A DNA stretch of 64,000 nt from Octopus sinensis (Eukaryota): the NCBI RefSeq assembly GCF_006345805.1, contig NC_043005.1:6696001-6760000 (forward strand), written 5' to 3'. Below, piece after piece: positions 1 to 9,524 of this stretch (positions are counted from its first letter, which is position 1; every line of letters begins with the position of its first letter). Under the pieces are notes generated by a model. That model searched no databases, was not told where the DNA came from, and saw only the letters and a program-made list of their open reading frames with translations. The position numbers and the translations under genes were made by a program.

Positions 1-1169
1 GGTCGCCGTTTGTGAGGCACGCTTTCCCGCAGCTCGTCTTCATGACCGAACTGCAGTCGTGGATCAAAAAGAGGCCGAGGAAGGGCGAATGGCACCGCGA
101 GTGTCGCGTTGCTCTCAAGCAACTCTGCCGTCCTGGGTCGACCTTGAGTGACTTCAACACAACCAAAGCATTCTATAGGGGTTTAGTGGAGGTACGACGA
201 CGAGCTCGGGGCGAACCTGGACGTCGACGAGGAGTACCTGACCCGCCTTTTCAGGACGACTTTCGGGCCAGGGCCCATGGACAACTTCCAGAGATCCCTG
301 GCCTGGCAGTGCTACCGAGAAGCGCTACCCGTTCGGGATAAGCTTTACAGACACGGCTCGAGAAACACGGGGCCGACCTGCCCGAGATGCGGGCAGAGCG
401 ACGAAACCGTTCTGCACGCACTCGTGCAGTGTCCAACAATTTCCGACCTGTGGGTTTATGTCGAACAACTGCTGTCACGTGTGGGACGAGTCGGTTTATC
501 AGCTGAGTCTATCGTCAATATTGTCACGCCTCCTTCCTTCAAACGGGAAGGAAGAGCTATTTTCATCATCCTTGTGGCTATGGCGAAAGAATGTATCTGG
601 TGGACGCGTCTGAAAGGATTGGAGACAAACACTTTCCTCTCTGGTCAATCTCTCATCAACTTCTTCAAGTACCACTTGAAAAGGAAAGTGAGAGTAGAGA
701 GGCAAGTTTTGTCTAGCGAATGTTTTAAAAAAAGATGGGTGAATGTAGCAAGAATGGCACGTATGAATGACGAAGCCACCTTGAGCATGATCCTATGAAC
801 CCAGAAATTGAAAACAGAGAGTTGCTTGTTCGCAAAAAAAAAAAAAAAAAGAAATATAACATGTGACTCCATTGACCGAGGTTACCGTGGTCTTTTCCGC
901 AGGCTTTTCTTTCCACGGGTAAACTTCACCTGTCCTCCCCTTTACACTTCATATTGACATTTCTGTGATAACGATCCCTATTGATCAATTTTATTTTTCC
1001 TCTCCCCCTTTGTTTTAAACCCCCTTTTTTTTGTCCTCTTTCTCTCCTTTTACGATCCCTTTTGATCGAAACTCCCCCTTCCTTTTTTTTTTTTTAAACC
1101 TTCAAAAGAAAAGCTCTACCTTGTAATTTGTTCTATCTGTGCGCAGCTCTGTGTGGCTAATAAAGAAAC
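1..1169 (+). mobile_element. Tx1/L1-clade LINE, 3' part (copy 1; runs off window start)
   Basis: ORF 277-798 has the C-terminal Cys/His zf-RVT-like motif TCPRCGQSDETVLHALVQCP. The pyrimidine-rich 3'UTR ends in AATAAAGAAAC at 1169, followed by (TATC)n. Near-identical to 27660-28837. Confidence 0.9.
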
Positions 1170-1201
1170 ATATCTATCAGTCTATCTATCTATCTATCTG
1201 C

Positions 1202-1232
<31 letters not shown>

Positions 1233-1252
1233 TATATTTATCTATCTATCCA

Positions 1253-1605
1253 TCTCGCCGACCAGCTCGATGTGCTTGTGGCTTGACACTATCACGGTGA
1301 CGTCGTCCGCGTATGCAGACACGCTCGTCCCGCATCCCAATTCTCGCGGGATGCCCCTCAGAGTCGCCAGCTTCCGCAGTAATGGCTCGAGAGTCAATAC
1401 GTATAGAAGCGACGAGAGGGGGCATCCCTGACGGACCGAACGTGCAATGTCGAAAGGTCTCGATAGATGTCCATTTACGCGAATTACCGAACGGATGCCT
1501 CTGTACAAGGCAGCTATCCAACCGCGGAAGACGGGACCGAAAGCAGCCGCTCTCAGGACTGCCTCCAAGTATCGATGGTCTACCCTATCGAAGGCTTTCG
1601 ATTGA
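1253..1605 (-). mobile_element. Inverted internal RT fragment of the Tx1-like LINE
   Basis: Reverse complement encodes QSKAFDRVDHRYLEA...RQGCPLS...YADD...HIELVGE and matches 1814-2166. Confidence 0.9.
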
Positions 1606-3808
1606 GGCCAATCACTCTGCTCAATGCAGACCTGAAAATTTTGACCAAGGTGTTAGCCAAGAGATTGGCGCTTGTCATCGAGAAACTGGTCGACAAGGCG
1701 CAAACATGCGCCGTGCCGGGCCGGAGCATCCATGACAACCTCCATCTGATGCGCTACATCATAGACAGAGTAGTTAAGGAACCTGGCATGGGTGGGGCCC
1801 TGATCAATTTGGATCAATCGAAAGCGTTCGATAGGGTAGACCATCGATACTTGGAGGCAGTCCTGAGAGCGGCTGCTTTCGGTCCCGTCTTCCGCGGCTG
1901 GATAGCTGCCTTGTACAGAGGCATCCGTTCGGTAATTCGCGTAAATGGACATCTATCGAGACCTTTCGACATTGCACGTTCGGTCCGTCAGGGATGCCCC
2001 CTCTCATCGCTTCTATACGTATTGACTCTCGAGCCACTACTGCGGAAGCTGGCGACTCTGAGGGGCATCCCGCGAGAACTGGGATGCGGGACGAGCGTGT
2101 CTGCATAAGCGGACGACGTCACCGTGATAGTGTCAAGCCACAAGCACATCGAGCTGGTCGGCGAGACACTGAAAGACTACGAAGCGGTGACAGGAGCAAA
2201 AATTAACCAGGAAAAGTCAGTAAGCTTGCGGCTCGGCACCTGGAGAAGCAAACCCATGCCGTCCACCAGTACCTCCGTCGTGGGACGCTGGACGGACGGC
2301 CCGGTTGAGTTGCTCTGGGTCTGGTTTGGTCCGGACCTCCAAATGGAACGAGATAACGAGTAGGGTGGTCATTCTCGCCCGGCAATTGGCTGAGAGGAAA
2401 CTGTCCCTAAAAGGTCGAGCGGAGGTGGCGAACACGTACATCGCGTCCGTCATCTACTACCACCTGACCGTCGTACCTTGTCCCGACCCTACCATCACCA
2501 AACTACAACGCATTCTCTTCCGCTTCTTGTGGAAAGGATGCGTCCCGATGGTCAGGCGATCCATTTACTGACAACACCCGGTAAAAGGAGGGCTGGGCAT
2601 GCCGTGGATGATGATGCGCAGACACGCGCTGATACTGCGACATTTCCGGCTCTATGTAGACGACGGTGAACAGGTGTGGTCGCCGTTTGTGAGGCACGCA
2701 TTCCCGCAGCTCGTCTTCATGACCGAACTGTAGTCGTGGATCAAAAAGAGGCCGAAGAAGGGCGAATGACACCGCGAGTGTCGCGTTGCTCTCAAGCAAC
2801 TCTGCCGTCCCGGGTCGACCTTGAGTGACTTCAACACAACCAAAGCATTCTATAGGGGATTAGTGGAGGGGAGGTACGACGACGATCTTGGGGCAAACCT
2901 GGGCGTCGACGAGGAATACCTGACCCGCCTGTTTGAAACGACTTTCGGGCAGGGACCTATGGACAACTTCCAGAGATCCCTGGCCTGGCGGTGCTACCCG
3001 TTCGGGATAAGCTCTATAGGAATGGCTCGAGAAACACGGGGCCGACCTGCCCGAGATGCGGGCAGAGCGACGAAACCGTTCTACACGCAATCGTGCAGTG
3101 TCCAACAATCTCCGACCTGTGGGCATATGTCGAACGACTGCTGTCACGTGTGGGACGTGTCGGTTTATCAGCCGAGTCTATCGTTAATATTGTCACGCCT
3201 CCTTCCTTCAAACGGGAAGGAAGATCTATTTTTATCATCCTTGTGGCTATGGTGAAAGAATGTATCTGGTGGACGCGTCTGAAAGGATTGGAGACAAACA
3301 CTTTCCTCTCTGGTCAACCTCTCATCAACTTCTTTAAGTACCACTTGAAAAGGAAAGTGGGAGTAGAGAGGCAAGTTTTGTCTAGTGAATGTTTAAAAAA
3401 AAGATGGGTGAATGTAGCAAGGATGGCACGTATGAATGACGAAGCCACCTTGACTATGATCCTATGAACCGTAAAAATTAATACAGAGAGTTGCTTATTT
3501 GTAAAAAAAAATAACATGTGACTTCATTGACCGAGGTTACCGTGGTCTTTTCCGTAGGCTTTTCTTTCCACGGGTAAACCTCACCTGTCCTCCCCTTTAC
3601 ACTTTATATTGACATTTATGTGATAACGATCCCTATTGATCGATTTTTTCCTTTTTTTTCTATCCCACCCCCTTTTTTTGTCCTCTTTCTTTCCTTTTAC
3701 GATCCCTTTTGATCGAAAACCAAACCCCCTTTTTTTACACCCAAAAGAAAAGCTCTACCTTGTAATTTGTCCTGTCTGTGTGAAGCCTTGTGTGGCTAAT
3801 AAAGAAAC
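1606..3808 (+). mobile_element. Tx1/L1-clade LINE, 5'-truncated and inactivated (copy 2)
   Basis: RT motifs RPITLLNADLKIL, DQSKAFDRV and QGCPLS; the Tyr of YADD is mutated to TAA (2106-2108); further stops and frameshifts; zf-RVT-like ORF 2991-3467; ends AATAAAGAAAC. Confidence 0.92.
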
Positions 3809-3891
3809 ATATATATACATCCATCCATCCATCCATCCATCCATCCATCTATCTACCTATCTGTCTATCTATCTATCTATCTATCTATCTA

Positions 3892-4037
3892 TCCTTTTTC
3901 CTTTTTTTCTCTCCCTTTTACGATCCCTTTTGATCGAAAACCTACGCCACCTTTTTTTTCTTTCATCCCCCAAAAGAAAAGCTCTACCTTGTAACTTGTC
4001 CCATCTGTGTGCAGCCCTGTGTGGCCAATAAAGAAAC
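3892..4037 (+). mobile_element. Tx1-like LINE, 3'UTR-only copy (copy 3)
   Basis: Carries the CGATCCCTTTTGATCG hairpin and the terminal AAAAGCTCTACCTTGT...GCAGCCCTGTGTGGCCAATAAAGAAAC; sits between TATC/CCAT tracts. Confidence 0.88.
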
Positions 4038-4088
4038 TTATCTATTTATCTATCTACCAATCTATCTATCTGTCTATCTATCTATCTG

Positions 4089-4127
<39 letters not shown>

Positions 4128-4132
4128 CTATT

Positions 4133-5198
4133 TTATAGGGGATTAGTGGAGGGGAGGTACGACGACGAGCTCGGGGCGAACTTGGACGTCGACGAGGAAT
4201 ACCTGACCAGCCTGTTCGGGACGACTTTCGGGCCAGGGCCCATGGACAACTTCCAGAGATCCCTGGCCTGGCAGTGCTACCGAGAAGCGCTAACCGTTCG
4301 GGATAAGCTCTACAGACACGGCTCGAGAAACACGGGGCCGACCAGCCCGAGATGCGGTCAGAGCGACGAAACCGTTCTGCACGCACTCGTGCAGTGTCCA
4401 ACAATTTCCGACCTGTGGGCTTATGTCGAACAACTGCTGTCACGTGTGGGACGAGTCGGTTTATCAGCTGAGTCTATCGTCAATATTGTCACGCCTCCTT
4501 CCTTCAAACGGGAAGGAAGAGCTATTTTCATCATCCTTGTGGCTATGGTGAAAGAATGTATCTGGTGGACGCGTCTGAAAGGATTGGAGACAAACACTTT
4601 CCTCTCTGGTCAACCTCTCATCAACTTCTTTAAGTACCACTTGAAAAGGAAAGTGAGAGTAGAGAGGCAAGTTTTGTCTAGTGAATGTTTAAAAAAAAGA
4701 TGGGTGAATGTAGCAAGGATGGCACGTATGAATGACGAAGCCACCTTGAGCATAATCCTATGAACCCAGAAATTGAAAACAGAGGGTTACCCACTTGCAA
4801 ACAAATATGGTAACATAATAATATTGACCAAGGTCACCGTGGTCTTTTTTTCTAGGCTTTTCATCCACGGATAAACCTTATCTGCTTTCCCCTTTACACC
4901 ATACATCATGACACTGTGATACACGATCCCTATTGATCGTTTTTTTCCTCTTCCCCTTTTTCCTCTTTTTTCTTCTTTTTTCATTTTCTTTTCTTTTGTT
5001 CCTTTTCCTCTTTTTCTTTTTTTCTTTTCTTTTTTTTGTTCTTTTTCTCCTTTTTACGATCCCTTTTGATCGAAAACCTACGCCACCTTTTTTTTATTTC
5101 TTTTGTTTTTTATTTTTTGCTTTTTTCATCCCCCAAAAAAAGCTCTACCTTGTAACTTGTCCCATCTGTGTGCAATCCTGTGTGGCCAATAAAGAAAC
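4133..5198 (+). mobile_element. Tx1-like LINE, 5'-truncated (copy 4, type-B 3'UTR)
   Basis: ORF 4146-4763 is nearly identical to 27848-28465; ends AATAAAGAAAC at 5198. Confidence 0.9.
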
Positions 5199-5406
5199 GT
5201 ATCTACACCTGCCCTCTCCCTAGCCTCTCTGACGTACTGGCTAGGTCCTAGTATAGTGAGAGATCCAATTTCACTTCGAATGCATCTAAATTCACCCCAT
5301 GTTTGTCTATGTGTCTTTTGTTGTACAAATACGTCATAATCTCACCCGATACCTATTCCATGCCTGTCTGACCTCATATATGTGCATGTGTGTGTGTGTA
5401 TGTGAG

Positions 5407-5520
<114 letters not shown>

Positions 5521-5875
5521 TGTAAGCAAGAAATTTTCTTTCATTTAAATTTACAAGAAACGCACCTCATAAAAATATTTTTTGTAAGCATGTGTTAAGT
5601 CAAGTGCATTGACAACTTCTAAGTCTATTTTTAATGCTTGCAAATATGTCCCACACCCATCCAGGTATTATGGCTTGCATTTGTTTGAGGCTTTCAATTC
5701 ACTAGATCACACAAACATGTGATCATGTTCCCCCACTCCCACATACACTTGTCTCCTGTGTCAATGTATTGTCATAACAGATATTCGGAATATTGGGAAG
5801 AAAAGAACAATATGCCTCCTTCTCTTGATAGCAAAAGCATAACCCTCTGGTTGTAATCTAATGTAGTTATTACTC

Positions 5876-5878
<3 letters not shown>

Positions 5879-5965
<87 letters not shown>

Positions 5966-5975
5966 GAGAGAGAGA
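5879..5975. repeat. (AG)n microsatellite
   Basis: Direct reading. Confidence 0.95.
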
Positions 5976-6442
5976 GTAGTATTCCTATCACTCTTTAGAT
6001 CATGTAACATTCATAACCAGCTGCAACAGTTTAATACACCTAGTATACTTCCTCTGAAACGTTATGCTTGCTTTTTTATAGCAATTGAAAATGATATTGA
6101 TACCTCAGTGTTTGGGTAGGACACTCTCCTATTGAAGATGATTTACTAAGGGGATGACCAGATACCCTCCCTACCAATAAACCTATTGCGTTATTACTAG
6201 TTTTGCAGCTAGGTATACTTTTTGTGGTCCTATCTTGCTAATATGGCACACCTATTCCACTACATATATTAATTACAAATATGTGGTATATATATATATA
6301 TATACATATGGAGAGAGAGAGAGAGAGAGATCAATATATACATATACACATGTGTGTATATATGTGTGTCTGTTCGCGTCTGTAATTACATGAGATAGCT
6401 AGAGTTTCACCAAAGAGGAAAACAGTAATTGACATCAAGTAT

Positions 6443-6680
6443 GAGTGAGGGTGTTAGAACTCCTGGAGTGCTAGAAATAAGAGTTGAAAGACATAGATGC
6501 CGGTCTAAAAGGTTTAGACTAAACCTGAAAACGTACGGTAGTGTTATACCAGTCGCCAGTTTCCGGGCATCTACGGCTAATGCCGTCATATAAGCATATA
6601 CTTACATGTGCTTTGACACCAGCAACTGAGCCATTTAGCTCTTATTTCTAGCAGCGTAGGTTTTTTAATACCACTACTCA
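6443..6680. mobile_element. Putative MITE with imperfect terminal inverted repeats
   Basis: TGCTAGAAATAAGAG (6469-6483) is the exact reverse complement of 6639-6653, with weak similarity extending ~25 nt outward. Confidence 0.35.
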
Positions 6681-6710
6681 TTTTTAATGAAGCTTTTATA
6701 TAAATATAAA

Positions 6711-6737
6711 CATATATATATATATATATAATATATA

Positions 6738-6787
<50 letters not shown>

Positions 6788-6791
6788 ATAT

Positions 6792-6845
<54 letters not shown>
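6711..6845. repeat. (TA)n microsatellite
   Basis: Direct reading. Confidence 0.95.
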
Positions 6846-6848
<3 letters not shown>

Positions 6849-7045
6849 AGTAATTGAATGAATTATCTTATTAAGGATAATTCGAAAGATAACCGATATC
6901 TGGGTAGCAAATTCAGATCAGAAAGAACACGGTTGAAGCTACGTCCGTAGGGCATAGACTACGTGTCTTCGTACGGAAATTTGTATGTTTATTTTAAAAT
7001 TATAAGTATATGAAAGAATGGAGTTGAACGACTAGTTAACAAATA

Positions 7046-7164
7046 TCCTTTATTCTCAACATATGTTTCGAAGGCTGCATATTCCTAATTCCGAAGGAAT
7101 AAGGAGCTAATTCCGAAGGAATAAGGAGTACATTACGCAGATTTCTCATCAGGAAAATCAAGGA
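7046..7164 (-). ncRNA. Type-I hammerhead ribozyme (inverted pLTR copy)
   Basis: Reverse complement gives stem I / CTGATGA / stem II / GAAA-CATATG-TT / stem I'. The cleavage triplet is GUU, and a 22-nt duplication lies in the stem II loop. Confidence 0.7.
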
Positions 7165-8055
7165 ACTTATGTCGACATCAAAATGCACAAAATACTTGGC
7201 GCAACCTCTTCTAAATTAGCCCAAAGGATCTCCAACCATTATTCCACTTTCAGAGATAAGAGAAAGCAACACAACACGGGGCTAAGCAAATTAGTCTGGC
7301 GTCTGAAGAACAATAATACTACGTTCAAGCTCGAATGGTCCATTTTGTCGGTGTCCTTCCCGTTTGATAAAGGCAGAAAATTTTGTGGCATCTGTAATTC
7401 CGAACTTTTTCATATTTTGTTCGCCAAAATAAACACAATCGTCGAAAGATCCTACAGGTGTTTACACTGGAAAAGACACACCTTTCACTCATATAAATAG
7501 TGACTAATATAGATAACCCCTCGATTTCCAAAAAAAATTTTTGCTATATTTCACCCCAATATTCAAAAAGATTTTCTTATATTCCCAATTACTACTATCC
7601 ATTCTTGCGTTGCCTCTCATCTCGCCCGATTCTTTCTCCCCTTTCGCTATCTACTTTCCTTTCTCTACAGTAAACATAATCGAACAAACAGACATAGACC
7701 TTTCACCTCACAGCTGTCAGTTTTCTGACATCTACACATCCACAAACACAATCACGCATTCAGACACACACATACACACATTAAAACAGTTATATACAGT
7801 CACACACACAGGCACTCATTCACAAAAGAAGTCATTTAAACCCACCATTCTTTTGACCTGCACTCTCTCACCTTACTATTCTTATGCCTCCCTCCTCCTA
7901 CTTCGTTTGAACTCTTGAACCTTTAGAAACTTCTAGATTCTTCTACATTCAGCCACTCTGACGTCACTCATTATAAAGAGACACTCATTATCGCCATGGG
8001 CTCCTTGAGAGCGGTCAGCTAAAAGTTTTTTGTGCATTTTGATGTCGACATAAGT

Positions 8056-8152
8056 TCCTTGATTTTCCTGATGAGAAATCTGCATAATGTACTCCTTATT
8101 CCTTCGGAATTAGGAATATGCAGCCTTCGAAACATATGTCGAGAATAAAGGA
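8056..8152 (+). ncRNA. Type-I hammerhead ribozyme
   Basis: TCCTTGATTTTC (8056-8067) pairs with GAGAATAAAGGA (8141-8152). Core CTGATGA at 8068-8074; stem II GAA..CTGCATA/TATGCAG..TTC; GAAA at 8129-8132; palindromic stem III CATATG; GUC triplet at 8138-8140. Confidence 0.8.
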
Positions 8153-8225
8153 TATTTGTTAACTAGTCGTTCAACTCCATTCTTTCATATACTTATAATT
8201 TAAAAAAATATATATATATATATAT

Positions 8226-8434
8226 ATTTCTTTACTGCCAACAAGGGGCTAAACATAGAGGGGACAAACAAGGACAGACAAAGGAATTAAGACGATTACG
8301 TCGACACAGTGCGAAACTGGTACTTTATTTATCGACCCCGAAAGGATGAAAAGGAAAGTCGATCTCGGCGGAATTTGAACGTAACGCTAAGCATTTCGTC
8401 CGGCGCGCTAAAGTGTTTGCCAGCTCGCCGCCTT
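8226..8434 (-). mobile_element. tRNA-derived SINE family B, tail type 1 (Tx1-like tail)
   Basis: Head AAGGCGGCGAGCTGGCA; body TTCAAATTCCGCCGAGATCGACTTTCCTTTTCATCCTTTCGGGGTCGATAAA; many related copies in this window. Confidence 0.85.
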
Positions 8435-8644
8435 ATAAACATATATATATATAAGAATAAGAGGAAAGGCCATTAGGTGGTTTCCTAATACGCTGGAAAT
8501 GAACAGTAAATCGTATATACCACAAAACATATGTACCTAAAATTAGCATGATACTAAATATTTGCGAGCAAGACAAATGAAAGGAAACAAACAAGGCAGT
8601 TCATTCTATACCCTAAGATTTCACCATTAATAATCCAAATGATG

Positions 8645-8885
8645 GGAGGCGCGTGACAAGGTATCAGCATCATGATCGTAAGATTGTGGTTTCGATTCCT
8701 GGACCGAGCGACGCGTTGAGCAAAACACTTCATTTCAATTTGCTCCAGTCCACTCAGCTGGCAAAAATGAGTAAAGCTGCGATGGACTGGCGTCCCGTCC
8801 AGCTGGGGAATACATACGTCACGGAAACCGGGAAACCGGGCACATGGGCATGGCTAGGCTTTGAAAAGGGCGCATTTATTAATTA
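8645..8885 (+). mobile_element. tRNA-derived SINE family D
   Basis: B-box GGTTTCGATTCC, then TTGAGCAAAACACTT and GCGATGGACTGGCGTCCC; near-identical to 40936-41190. Confidence 0.8.
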
Positions 8886-9227
8886 TTCTAATCCAAATAA
8901 TGGAGTTGCTGCAAACACGTCACAATGGAACTAAATACCAATCGCCTGCATGATGGAACAAATGTGTATGGGGTTCCACCAATTATGCATCGTAATATCC
9001 ATCGAAATGTGTTCATATTAGCGCGGCAAGCCAGAAAAAGAGTCTGCAGTTAATAAACGTCTGCAGAGGATCTACTGGCTAGAGAAGAAGACTATTTAAA
9101 AGTAAATGTATGCTGGTCACTGGTTTAAATTAATGTATGCTGACCACTAGTTTAAACTAATATTATTCAATAATATTAATTCACACCATCATTATATATA
9201 TATATATGTATATATATATAATTTTAA

Positions 9228-9400
9228 TCCAAACGGGAAAACAGAAAAAACAACAACACGTGGAACAATTACAGTATTATTATTAATAGGCGCTCAGGAA
9301 AGATGGAAGCAGGAAGGTATGACGTTTCGAGCGGAGCTCTTCGTCGGAAACATAAAGAAGGAAGAGAGAGGAAAGAAAGATCCCAAAGTGGGCAACAAGA
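9228..9400 (-). mobile_element. PLE pseudo-LTR-like repeat containing a minimal hammerhead (9317-9351)
   Basis: Homologous to 60114-60290. Reverse complement reads GTTT-CCGACGA-A-GAGC-TCC-GCTC-GAAA-CGTC. Terminates in (TA)n. Confidence 0.6.
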
Positions 9401-9524
9401 GGGAGAAAAAAAAAACGACTAGTGTTTACGAAGTACACATGGTGAAAGGCGGAAGTTTACGATAACAAGAGCAAAGTAGGTTTTTAAAGCCAAAAGAGTG
9501 GAGACAGGGTTGGTAACGCAACAG

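Larger units (their letters stand above)
6846..8205 (+). mobile_element. Penelope-like element remnant: GIY-YIG C-terminal half flanked by inverted pseudo-LTRs
   Basis: ORF 7183-7500 reads R..NH...F.....TGLSKLVWRLK...EWSIL...CGICNSE...CLH, as in PLE endonucleases. Inverted repeat arms ~6994-7192 and ~8028-8203 each contain a hammerhead fold. Confidence 0.82.

Noticed and set aside
6469-6490. GCTAGAAATA resemblance to the sgRNA/tracrRNA scaffold
   Set aside because: A 10-nt AT-rich match only, better explained as part of an inverted repeat.
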